From NCBI RefSeq assembly GCF_964204645.1, contig NC_134035.1, positions 3,410,001 to 3,474,000 of the forward strand: a stretch of 64,000 bases of DNA. The letters are read 5' to 3'. A program made the translations under genes and the position numbers. Shown piece by piece: positions 50,501 to 62,490 of this stretch. The notes beneath the pieces were generated by a model, which searched no databases, was not told the origin of the DNA, and saw nothing but the letters and a program-made list of their open reading frames with translations. This DNA comes from Tubulanus polymorphus. Taxonomy: Eukaryota > Animalia > Nemertea. Numbering within the stretch: the first letter of the stretch is position 1; every line of letters begins with the position of its first letter.

Positions 50501-53500
50501 TCTTCTCACTCAGTTCTCTGTAATTAGTGTCAGTCTACCTATAAATACTGTTGTTTTTCTATTGACTATACTCATTCACCTGATGAAGCTTCTATTCATT
50601 AGAAGCGAAAGCTCGTGCGTCAAATAAATAGTTAACCTGAATATAGTACTACTCGTCCGGTTACTTATTTTAAACCTGGTTAACACGGCTACTCTACGAA
50701 TATGTATCTAGATAGATATATGAATTGGTTGGAGGTTTTTTGGTACGACGGTAATTGGGTGGGGTGTTTCGAGTTGATTTGTCAATTCTTTGGTGCAAAA
50801 TAACCTTGGGAAAGTTTAGAATGTGAACGATTACAAGGAGCTATTAAAATCATTATAAGAAAATGATTATCTAGATAACCGTGTAAATTGGTTGAAGTGT
50901 TTTTAGAGGATACATCACGCTTATTTGATGGGGGTGTTTAATGTTGATGTGATGATTTTTTGGTCCTAAATAACCGTGGGTTTCTGCGTAGTTTTTAAAT
51001 GTGAATAGTTACAAGGAGGCGTTAGATCTATATCATTGGCAATTTAGCGAGGAAGTTAATCACTTATTTTTCTTTACGCCCAGTGTGATGGCGTTCGTGT
51101 CTATGCTTTACCCACGCGAGTACATGTTTCCTGTGATACCTCTTTTACCTACGTGTATGTCGTCAGCTGAACAGGTTTGGAGGCAACCCAAAACACTTTC
51201 ATTCAACGTCTTCAGTATCTCCCGATAGTCACTTTAAAAATACTGAATTCCTGAAGATCACTATTATGATATAGTCGAATCCTTGAATAAACTACACTTC
51301 GTAGCTCAAGGAATACAGTATTCCTGAAGATGATGTAAAGCTGTTATGTTAATGTCTCCCCATTAACCAACCCGTTGTCTGTCGTGCTATCCTGCTAGTA
51401 TATATCTATTTTCGCTGTTTGTAGGCGGTTGAATTCTTCGCCGAGTTCTCGTTGTGCCCGTTGAACGTCGTATTTCTGCGCGTTCAAACCGGCGTGTTCG
51501 ATCCGTCGTTGATCGGCGACAAAGGTCGCTGGTACTCGCACACGCTGCAGAAGATCGACTTCCACGCTTACGATCACGAGGGTTCGTCGTTGGGCGCCGC
51601 GCTGACCGCCTCTATGAACAGTACGAATAGCGACGAATACCCGACAGGTACGTGACGTTGATTCCGCTTCACGAAATGTCTATTTTCTTTTTCTGAAAAT
51701 GTGTTCGTCCACAAATTTAACCCTTTCAGTTCTGTCTCATAAATACCCTATAGCGCTTGCAATAATTCTTATAGTCTAGTACACAACATTGCGATGTATT
51801 GATTTTATTAGTAATTAGTTTACATCTATTGAAAGATGGCAACACCTGTCAAACATAGTGAAATATTATCAACTAACCATACACCGCGCCGTGGTGTTGA
51901 CGCACTAAAGAGCTGTGCCCATTATTCAACGCACTGGGGTAGAATTTTTTAGAATTTTCAAATTATCTCAATTATCTCAGCACTTTAGGGTGTTAACCAG
52001 TCAGCTCTAAAAGGGTTAAACAATTTATGCGAGTTAAGAGCTGTCAAAAGTAGTAAGAGATTTCATATGGATTTAGGATATGATTAAAGATTTGCTCATT
52101 TGATTTGTTTGTTTTGAACAGATGAAAGTGGCAGCGACAGCGACGGTGCGGACAGCACGAGTTCGTCGTATTCGAGTCTCTCAGATTTTGTAACTGATAT
52201 CATGAACAGTGATATAAACGGAGATACGCCAGGTATGTTTATCTATTCAGTCCTCTAAATCATTTCTATAAAATGCTCAAACTAACTTGGAATGAGTAGA
52301 ACACCTTCAACTCTTCTGTAGGACTCCTGGGCAAAGCACTTGTTCTCATTATTGCCTCTTTCCTCTCTGAAGCAAATGGATACCCGGCCAAATAGGCTAC
52401 ATGTAGATGATTCCTTTGCGTTAGAAGTAGCTCTGCTGTCACTTGTCTACAGGTAGAGGTGACTGATATACAGTTACAGATATAGGCTAGGGGTAATAAT
52501 ACCAATCTCACTTCTCTCCAGGGAGAGATGACTGATACACAGTTACAGATATAGGCTAGGGGTAATAATACCAATATCACTTCTCTCCAGGGAGAGATGA
52601 CTGATACACAGTTACATATATAGGCTAGGGGTAATAATACCAATATCACTTCTCTCCAGGGAGAGATGACTGATACACAGTGACAGATATAGGCTAGGGG
52701 TAATAATACCAATATCACTTCTCTCCAGGGAGAGATGACTGATACACAGTTACATATATAGGCTAGGGGTAATGATACCAATATCACTTCTCTCCAGGGA
52801 GAGATGACTGATACACAGTTACAGATATAGGCTAGGGGTAATAATACCAATATCACTTCTCTCCAGGATGAGATGACTGATACACAGTTACAGATATAGG
52901 CTAGGGGTAATAATACCAATATCACTTCTCTCCAGGTAGAGATGACTGATAAACAGTTACAGATATAGGCTAGGGGTAATAATACCAATATCACTTCTCT
53001 CCAGGGAGAGATGACTGATACACAGTTACAGATATAGGCTAGGGGTAATGATACCAATATCACTTCTCTCCAGGGAGAGATGACTGATACACAGTTACAG
53101 ATATAGTCTAGGGGTGATAATATCAATATCACTTCTCTCCAGAGAGAGATGACTGATACACCGTAACAGATATAGGCTAGGGGTAATGATACCAATATCA
53201 CCAATGTAAATAGCCAGGAAGTAGATAATTCAGCTCAAAGAGTCAAATTCAATAATCTTAGAAATTGGCAAATGTCACTGTAGCATTCTGCAACTTACAA
53301 CTTTCTTTGATGATCAATTATTTCTAGATGTTTACCCGGAAGAACAAGTATTGGCCGTCGATCATAGTCAAGTGTTCGCTCCGCCGAAGAAACTGCAAGT
53401 ACCGGACACTCCTATAACGAACAGCGACAGCGCGTTCTCGTTACCGGAGAGCGACCTCAGTTCATCGGAATCATCCGAGTCGTTCGACCAGGACGATGAC

Positions 53501-55492
53501 AAACTCGCAGTAAGTGATCGCTTTGGTCGGGGTTTTTTTAAGCTTCGTTAATTTGAAACTTGAAAATTCTCGTGGAATTCAAATACTCGGTTTTATTTGA
53601 AGGGTACCTGTAAATCTAGACCGTATTATCCCTGATTACGGTATATGACATGGGACTGTAACTGCTCATAGGCAAGAGATTCATAGATTATTTCTTATAA
53701 GATGAACTGCCATTGACAATCCTTAGCCAACTAATTTCGGTTTTGTGTATAGGGTGACTTGTAGGTCTACCTTTGGCCTGGGTGCAAGTTATGGTAATTG
53801 CCACGCATCGTTTATGCACACGTCACTATCATAAATCAATAGAATTAAAAAAGAATGAAATATTTTGGCACAATTGTAGGATATCTTGTAGTGCTGTGCT
53901 GGTAAGCATTTCAGTGGACAGTAAAAAGTTGATATATAGCAGTGTGATATGATACAATATTTGTAAACCTCAGGGTATAATGGCCAAATACATGTGTAAA
54001 CATAATCTCCCCTGGTAATGCCGCTGCTGTTGCCGCTGCTGCTGCTGCTGCTACTGCTACTGCAAACCTTGGGAATGAGTTACAATTATATGTTTTAATT
54101 TGCTCTTCTTTCAGTCTGGACCCGTACACTATGTATACGATTCCGGCAATGAACCTCCCGTCCATCAGTCAGATAGGTAAGCATTATCAACTGCTCGCTC
54201 TTATCTCAGTGAATAGGTTAATTAGACCACTTCAAAATACCCGAGTGTTTATGATAAGTCTATCCTCGCAATATCAAAGTGTCTTGAGTGTCATAAAGGA
54301 AGATCATGAGCAATTGACTCCGAATCTAGAAGTAATACTATATTGATACGATAAGGGAACCTTATTGCGTACAATAACAATCTAATCTGGTTAGTGTTTA
54401 TACTTGACCTTATTATCACCATACCTGCTTAAGCATTAAGGGTGGCGGCAGTTGACCTGGAAAACCTGGAAATCTCCGGGGAATCAGGAAAATCTAGAAA
54501 AAGACTCAGGGAATTCGGCTAATGCTTCAAACAAGCATGAGTCAATGAAGAGTGAATGAATTGTAACATTTTAAACCGAGAAACTTCTCAATCTGGGAAT
54601 TGTTGTATAATCACGTGGAAAAATCAGGGAAAACTCAGCGGAAAAATGGCCACACTGGTATTGCTTGGATAGACTTTCGTTGTTTTAATGATAATTACCT
54701 TATAACCATTCATGATATACATGGATATATCCTTCTCGCCTGGACCTGGTTTCATAGATGTGCTCAGGCAAAAAATCCCTCGCAACATTTCGTAATTTGT
54801 CACTTATTTCCGTGGATTGTCATTATTACTGCGATGGAGGAGATTTTTCCCTAGGGGTAGCTTTGATGCCCGTCTATGAAATCGGGCGTATTCACACCCC
54901 GTAGTTTATAGTAGAGTATCATCAGCTCATTGACCTTCCACCTGCTAATCCCAACCTTATATTGAACGACGGCGAATTGCATGGAGCATGGCTGTTCCCA
55001 TTAGACACAATCACATGAGACGATTTGGCCTGGGTCAAAATGGCCCAGATCTGGCCTGATTAGAGAGTGCGTTCACCAGAAACCACTCACTCGATACTAA
55101 ACAATACTTATACAAAGCAAAATGAGTCAATTCAAAAACCTGTTGAAATTCACGTGCAATAATTTGACCCGTGCTAAAATTTGGCTCTGTTAGGTCTGAC
55201 ATTTTTGGTCGGGTCGAACAGGCATTTGGCACCCGTTTGAATGGTTGTTCCAGGCTTAATTCGTGTTTGGTTAATGCTCGTGTGATCGTGGCTATAATGT
55301 TTAAGTATTCAGTTCCTACCTGCGCGGTTCTGCAGCCGAGAGACCACTCAACGTCTGCATTATGCACTATCTATCGCGATCTATTTCAACGTAGTAAAAT
55401 TTGTTGTGTTTGTCGCAGGAAGAAGAAATCGTTGCGTAAGAAAGTGAAGATTAACGTAGGGTTAGTCAGTTATATACTCGCACCATACAACG

Positions 55493-55542
<50 letters not shown>

Positions 55543-58500
55543 TGGTTAAACCCGGCACTTTTACTCTTATTAACCCTCTCCAGTCCGTATACATACATTT
55601 CACGGAGTAATTGTATCCGATATCCAAGCAAACGAACTGAAATCGACTTTCATTTAACGCCACGACTGGAAAGGGTTGTTTTCATTTTCTGTTCTTTTCA
55701 ATTCTGATTATATGAGATACTGATCAAGTATCTCTATATGAGATACTGATCAAGTATCTCATGACTATTTTCGATCTCGTGCTTCGCCTAAGTCTATGAA
55801 TTTCGATGTTTTCATGACACTGCTTCGGTTCGACATGCTGAATATCAAAAGGTTACGGTGAAGCTGACAAAAAAATTCGATGTACATGGAGATGTACCGA
55901 CCGGTATACGCTTTTTGATGGTTATTTCGCAACTGGGCATATTTTGTATCGCGTTGCACCATTTCACGTTCACTTTTCGTATATTAAGTTCAACGCACAC
56001 TTTTTGCGGCTTCTAATTGTTATTTTCTACGATTCGTGTAACTTATGAAGGATGCCCAACTCAGACGTGAAGGGTTGAGTTCTTCGAAAGCCCAGGAATG
56101 ATACTCGCGTCGTAAAGACCGATTTGTATCAGTCAAAAGAATTTCTACCAAGTTAATGAACGGAGCTCGAGCTCCACAGTTGTGAGTTAGCTATAAGTCA
56201 ATTGAGTTTACAATATTAACTCGATGGAGTCAAGTTTAATTCATAGCCGCGGAACCTGCGCCCGACCTGACTTTTCGTCTCGTACAACGAAGTCATCGCT
56301 AATCGGAATTTGTTCCCGTATTCTAATATTTACAGCGGCGCCGATCAGAATTCGCCGGCGTTGAGACGCGCGAACATCCCACCGCCGATCCGTACCGATC
56401 TGTCCGACAGCCATGACAGCAGCGCGCCGAGCACGCCGATCATCGACAAACGTAACCGCAGCGACAGCGAGGTGGCGCCGAGTCCCACGTTGCTGAAAGC
56501 GCCGACAGCGAATTTGAAATCGTCGTCTCAGCCGAGCACGCCTACGAGAAAAGCGGCTAATTTCAAGGTAAAGTATCTCGTAAACGAGTCATAGTGTGTA
56601 GCGAGTCTACTTTACACGGTAGGGAGTTGAATGATGGATAAAGGCCACAACAAAATCACAACAATAACATCGATTCGCTGAGTCACTTCATGACCAGAGC
56701 TGCCGACTGCCTTCCTGAATTTCAGTATTTGTTACTCCTTTATGATGAGAAATACTGATTTGATGCGTTTGATGCGTACAGAAATATGAAAGATGTTACT
56801 GAAGGTCTTACTGTTGATTACTGATTAATTTGAACAGAAATATGAAAGATGTTATTGAGGGTCTTACTGTTGATTACTGATTAATTTGTACAGAAATATG
56901 AAAGATGTTACTGAGGGTCTTACTGTTGATTACTGATTAATTTGAACAGAAATATGAAAGATGTTACTGAAGGTCTTACTGTTGATAACTGATTAATTTG
57001 AACAGAAATATGAAAGATGTTACTGAAGGTCTTACTGTTGATTACTGATTAATTTGAACAGAAATATGAAAGATGTTACTGAAGGTCTTACTGTTGATTA
57101 CTGATTAATTTGAACAGAAATATGAAAGATGTTACTGAAGGTCTTACTGTTGATTACTGATTAATTTGTACAGAAATATGAAAGATGTTACTGAGGGTCT
57201 TACTGTTGATTACTGATTAATTTGATCAGAAATATGAAAGATGTTACTGAAGGTCTTACTGTTGATTACTGATTAATTTGAACATTTTCTTTCATATAAC
57301 AATGAAACGTTACTGAAAAAAAATTATATTTGTGACTGATAGTACGTTTCAGAGGTTGGCAGCCCTTCATGTCCTAGTGCATGAAATGAATGACCATAAG
57401 CGATTTGTCCCTAGGTTATTGTTATGGGTTTCAAAAATCGTGATGAGCAGTTACAATGTCTATCATTTGCACAATTTGCTAAACGGTTTTATAGACTGGT
57501 ATTACCTTTAACCCGGGGGTTAACTTAATTGATAATGAATTGAGTTAGCCTTTGGGTTAAAGGTAGTACCGGTCTATAAAACCGGCCCCAGAATCTTATA
57601 TTCAAAACTGTATTTGGTTTGCGTATTTGATCCGATTTCAGACAAGTTAATGAGCCTTGAAGTGCTAATCGACATCGTTGATTTATATTTACGGTATATC
57701 CTTAGATTGCTCATAGTTTATGGAGCTGTGACAATGAGCTGTATATCATAATCTTCCGTATCGTGTATAAGCTACGTTTTGTTCTCCGCGTTTCAGGTAT
57801 TTTCCGGTAGTGACTCCGATCGACCGACGACACCGTCATCTATTATATCGTCGATTAGTAATGAGATGAACGGTATTGCGCAACAGGCGTCGTCTACGCT
57901 CTCAGAAATATTCGGTTAGTATTTGCATATTGTAGGCGATTGCCGGAATACGAGTATTCGGCGAAGTCCATCACATCGATGTTTAAAGAAGAATTCAAAA
58001 ACTTACTATTTTAGGAAAATTTATAACTGCAATCAATCTTAGTCACCTGCAAATTTGAACTTGATATTTGTTCTCCGAGTGTTTTTAATTACTATTGGAG
58101 TAATCATCTTCCGAGTAATCATTCAAGTGATTACTCCAAGGTCAGAGTTCATAGCGTTGGTATACAGAGCAGAATTTAGCTCGTACTACAAGCCTTGAAA
58201 TTTGTTCCGAATACGACAATTTTAATGATTTCATACTGGACATACTGGTTTCATAGGCTGGCATTACCTTCAACCGACGGGCTAACTCAATTCATTATCA
58301 ATTGAGTAAACCCCAGGGTTAAAGGTAATACCAGTCTATAAAACCAGCTCCTGAAGTTTTTTGCTTCGTTGTTTCACTGTGGTGACGATTACATCTGATG
58401 TGCGTTGTTTTCTATGATAGGCTCAACACCAGCGAAACCTCCGCAACAGCCAGTGTTACCGCCTCAACAGGAACAACAACAACAACAAGTCAGTCAACCC

Positions 58501-61500
58501 CAACAGCCGCAACTATCGCAGAAACAGTTGAAACCGTTCGCTCCGCTAGGTACCGTATGAGATGAGCTGATTTCTGTCTAATCTCTCGAACTGCCGTTCC
58601 GAATTGAGCTGAAACGATTTCTGCGTGTTTGTTTTCAGGAAATCGCAAGGCGTTAGTCGAAAAATCCGGTCTCGTCAAACACGCGACTGCGAAGAAAACG
58701 AAAGAAATTCAACGCCAGGTGTCGCAAGATGCGAAGAACGCCAATACACACAGGTGCGTAGAATCTGTATCTGTAGATTGTAGTAGTTTTAGTGGTTTTC
58801 AAGACTTGGCTACCAGCGACTGTAGGTTGAGAACTTAATGATTTTCCTAGTTTATTGATACATCGCCAAGACTGCAGGCTGGTTCCATAGTCATGGCTTG
58901 GACTTAAGACCAGTCTAAGACTAACATAAATCTATAGTCGATCTAACATCTTAAGACCAGTCTTAAGATTTGAGACCACTGGACTTAAGTCTTCACTATA
59001 TGGAACTGGCCCCAGTGGTAAGTAACACAGTCATGGTTTAGATTGAAGACCAGTCTAAGACCAACTTAGTTCTAAGAGTTGGCAGGTGTATGATCACTTT
59101 TCTATACTCTTTCTTTTTCGTTTCGATTCTGGCAGTAGGTTGCAGAGTCATGGTTTAGATTAAAGACCAGTCTGAGACCAACTTAGTTCTATAGCCGATT
59201 GAAGAGTTGGCATCTGTGTGATCATGTCTCTATATTCTTTCTTTTTCGTTTCGATTAGCGAGAACCAGCAGTTCCTGAAAGACGTCGTCATGAACGTGCT
59301 CGACGGGAAAGGCGTCGGCTGGCTGAAACTGAGCAAACTGAAGAAACTGATGGAAGACGAGAATTATCGAAATTTCGTCGTCAGTCGTTTGAACACGTCG
59401 CTCGATAAGAAGCTAACAGAAGACGACCTACATATTGAAGATGTGGTATGTTGGTGAACTCAACTTAATGATTTGAAAATTATCCAAGTTATGTGTTTGA
59501 ACCCTGTATATTACTGCTGTGTCCTGGGGCAAGACACTTATCCTCAATTGTCTCCCTGATCTGTCTCAATTTTCTCTCGTCTGATAGACGCCTCTTGAGC
59601 GCTTGTTAGCTGCTCTGTGTTACTTCTCCCAAGGATAGACGACTGATAGATGTTAGTGTATCAAAGCATTAACATCAATACATCGCGATGCGGTTTACTA
59701 GCATTATTATTAAATATATACAAATTTGACCCCAGTATGTTGAATAGCAGGCACACCATTGTTGTGCATCTACACCATAGTGCGGCGTATTGTTAATTGC
59801 TAATATTTCACTATGTTTGACAGGAGTTGCCATCTTTCAATAGAGATGAAAAAGAAATACTAATAAAATCAATACACCGCGATGCAGTGTACTAGCAAAG
59901 TCCACAAGGGATTTATACACCACACTGCAGTGTAGAAATACTGAAAGGGTCAATATTACTTTTTGCAAAATGAATATATTGTATTGTATGCGTTTGTTTT
60001 AGATGATTTCGAGGCCGATTTTCAAAGGAATGTTGACGGTTTTACGCGCGATAGTCGTCGGATTGGAGCACACGTATCGTAATCACGGTATCGGCGGCAT
60101 GGCCAGCACGTTGATGGTGCTCGAAATCGCTCACACGCACTACTGGCTGAAGGACCTGTCGGGAAGCAATAAAAGTGATAGCAGCATGTCTCAGGTAGGC
60201 CGAATACGCGTTATTTCATCGTATGAAATGATCGCTTCTGATGTGTCCGGGCAATATGGATCGGGGATATCTTAAGAATTTTACCAAAAACCCTCGAAAA
60301 CTCGGGTAATTTGCTGCTCTTGACCACTCGTGTTTCTTTATCAATACAGGTTTCGATCAATTGTAACATTTTAGGCCAAAAATTTCTCCATTCATCAGCA
60401 ACATTGCATGAATTTCGTGTAATAAAATGAAAAACTCATGAATTTTGTGTAATAACATGAACAAAACCTGGGAAACTCAGGGCATTCGGTCAAATGCTAT
60501 TGACCACTCCTTTGTTAATCGATATGCGCTGAAAAATGAATGAATTCTGACATCTAAACCATGAATTTTCAGAAATCTTTTAATCTACTCCCCCAGCAGT
60601 TAAGGGTCAATGGGAAAGGGTCATTGCGGCGAAGAATTTCAGCTAATGATGATTTTATATTACAGGGAAGTTCGCCGTTCGGAAGTCAAGAAAGTTTGGC
60701 GTCGAAAGTGAAACCAGACGGATTTTCCTTACCAGACGACGCGCTGGTGACGTTAGGTATGTTTTAATCAACCGCTTACCTTCCAAACGGCTTAATTTAT
60801 GGTGAAATGTACGCGACGCTTCTTCCTCAATATCTGGTTGCGGTAGTTAACGTGTATCAAGCGCCACCTTTTGAGAAACCGCCGCATTCGAAACGGAATT
60901 TAACTGTTTTCCATATGTTGATCAATCGTAGGTACAATTACCGAATATATGGGGACTGTATTGCCAGGTATTTTTGAATTCTTCGCCAATAATATCGATT
61001 TACCGAATTATATAACGTACACTCTAAACCTCTTCGATTGTTTTATCACACAAAATAATTAGATCGTTTGAAATTTTCGACGAGATATAGGTGTCTTTTC
61101 TCGAGTTGATTTGAACTTTTTTCTTTCGAATTCGAATATATTTTCGATGTGAATGAATGAATGTTTTTTCCTGTCTCATCGCCTCAATCATTCCTAACTA
61201 ATATGTGTGAATATGCACATATAATTATATATATATATTTATATATCTATACATTCAAATTGCGGTGGCAATCTTTGAATAGATGGAGTGTTGTTTTTCT
61301 GATCTATATATGTACTGATCTATATATGTAAATAACCTTACTTAAAACGAAATGAAGAGAATTTCCTTGTTTCCATATATTATTTAAAATCGTCTAAAGA
61401 TATGTCTTAACAATTAAAGACCAGTCTAAGCTCATTTTGCTACCAAAATCAGTCTAACAATTTAAGACCAATCTTCATTGACTGGGCTGCTACAAAAGCT

Positions 61501-61844
61501 CACTGCTTCCGAACTTGTAGAGCTCAAGTTCGTCTATTATGTTGCAATCTAATAGCAGTCGAATGCGCTATGCCACTAACTACCATATACCAACCACTTC
61601 TTGGTCTTTGGGTCTTTGGTCGTCGTGTTATTTACTTTCATATCGTGCCATCAACAGGTATACATGTATTATATAGACATTTTCTCTAAATATCATATAT
61701 ATATATATAAACATTATAATGGTCGTCTTTGTGGTTTGTCAGGGAATCTAATACCGGGGTGGCGGTCGTCATCGTCAAAACCTTCGTTTCTGACGTCTGC
61801 CCGTATTGCGTCTTCTTCGTCTCCTCGTACGAGTAACGATCCAG
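32528..61844 (+). CDS. MADD: MAP kinase-activating death domain protein / Rab3 GEF (DENN domain), 3'-incomplete. Exons 32528-33159, 36177-36318, 37308-37466, 47562-47693, 48438-48551, 49293-49547, 50022-50180, 51425-51647, 52122-52232, 53328-53509, 54115-54176, (55419-55460), 56336-56567, 57797-57914, 58421-58549, 58639-58753, 59259-59445, 60003-60194, 60666-60756, (60932-60967), (61743-61844); bracketed exons are tentative
   Basis: [98 protein letters not shown]; junctions phase-compatible. Confidence 0.96.
37653..39198 (+). repeat. 69-bp tandem array (about 22 copies) in MADD intron 3
   Basis: Same unit as 13208-14470, in the opposite orientation. Confidence 0.95.
40680..41165 (-). mobile_element. 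Decayed 3' end of an RTE-clade LINE
   Basis: Frameshifted peptides KLQVFI..CLRRIL and [21 protein letters not shown], typical of the RTE C-terminus; caagtctcaa-type tail. Confidence 0.7.
42244..42257. promoter_or_regulatory. RFX X-box-like palindrome
   Basis: GTTGCTATGGTAAC inside a CpG-rich intronic patch. Confidence 0.5.
45277..45592 (+). repeat. Two tandem copies of a pyrimidine-rich block of about 160 bp
   Basis: CT-rich tract followed by agaacaggg.ggcatcgactgttgtcactattgatc, seen twice. Confidence 0.8.
46364..46377. promoter_or_regulatory. Second RFX X-box-like palindrome
   Basis: GTTGTCATGGTGAC inside a CpG-rich intronic patch. Confidence 0.4.
47766..48215 (+). repeat. Tandem array of about 7 x 67-bp units, each a minimal hammerhead motif (family D)
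   Basis: Reconstructed unit UAUUC-CUGAAGA-U-GACUAU-UAGAAU-AUAGUC-GAAA-CG-UU-GAAUA plus a 23-nt linker; unit starts at 47967, 48034 and 48101. Confidence 0.8.
49792..49835 (+). ncRNA. Solo family D hammerhead copy with a mutated core
   Basis: tattc-Gtgaaga-tgattat-tagaat-atagtc-gaaa-tgtc-gaatg. Confidence 0.6.
50315..51020 (+). repeat. Three tandem copies of a unit of about 145 bp; the first two are separated by the family B hammerhead insertion
   Basis: Copies at about 50315-50458, 50703-50846 and 50869-51020. Confidence 0.8.
50577..50617 (+). ncRNA. Minimal type I hammerhead ribozyme motif (family B), core intact
   Basis: CAC-CUGAUGA-A-GCUUCUA-UUCAU-UAGAAGC-GAAA-GC-UC-GUG; inverted partial copy at 50472-50489. 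Confidence 0.82.
51060..51335 (+). pseudogene. Duplicated, 5'-deleted copy of MADD exon 47562-47693 with its downstream intron and hammerhead units
   Basis: 51084-51290 is nearly identical to 47603-47810. Confidence 0.85.
51717..52019. mobile_element. piggyBac-like MITE copy; partial copies also at about 24870-25051, 35840-35970 and 59680-59950
   Basis: TTAACCCTTTCAGT ... AAAGGGTTAA termini, with the interior reversed relative to 11841 at the ends. Confidence 0.7.
52439..53201 (-). repeat. 69-bp tandem array (about 11 copies)
   Basis: Same unit as the other two 69-bp arrays. Confidence 0.95.
55494..55540. repeat. (TA)n microsatellite
   Basis: Directly visible. Confidence 0.95.
56695..57366. 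mobile_element. MITE with an internal 56-bp tandem expansion (about 9 copies, 56778-57285)
   Basis: Ends cagagctgccgac / gttggcagccct; unexpanded relatives at 62093-62290 and about 43580-43790. Confidence 0.75.
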
Positions 61845-62324
61845 GCAAGTTTGTGCGTGTGCGTGGGTGTGCGTATTCATTAGTGTTTTACTTACTCTTT
61901 ACTTTCCTACAACATCGCACTATTTATATACAGTGTATTAGCGATATGGTAGAAATCCGCTTTATACAGATTTAAGAGTTTGAAACCGAGAATTTATTTT
62001 GTCAAAAATTAAAATGACGCGTTTGTCAATCGCTTGCCAAATACCTTCTCACTCAGAAATTTCTCGATTTACTTGTTCCCCTTGTATATACGCAGAGCTG
62101 CCAACTGTTCCTGATTTTCAGTATTTGTTACTACTTTATAATGAGAAATACTGATTTGATTTGTTTACTCTAAGGGTCTTCTCTAACTGTTGATTACTGA
62201 TTAATTAGGACATTTTCTTTCATATTTCAATGATATGTTGCTGAAAAAAATCTGCTACTGATTTTCATTTTTCAGAGGTTGGCAGCCCTGTATATACCCC
62301 TCGTTTTTAGTTTAATCCCTAACA

Positions 62325-62490
62325 TCTAACGTTGATGATCTCTAGTGAGAGTTCAAAACATCGTGCAGTTTTGAATTTTTGATTAAATAGATTCTCGGTT
62401 TTGAAACTTGTACATAGTAAAATCTGTATATAACAGGTTTCTATTACATCAAATCTATTCTCCACGTTTGAGTGTGGTTATTCTACAACT
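62325..62490 (+). mobile_element. Degenerate copy of the family A hammerhead element
   Basis: ttgatgatctctagtgagagttcaaaacatcgtg, AT-rich spacer, then ccacgtttgagtgtggttattcta; matches the reverse complement of 29437-29590. Confidence 0.6.

Noticed and set aside
59470-59680. tRNA-derived SINE-like segment (gtgtcctggggcaagacactt)
   Set aside because: Too decayed; no clear A/B boxes, so neither a tRNA nor a SINE could be called.
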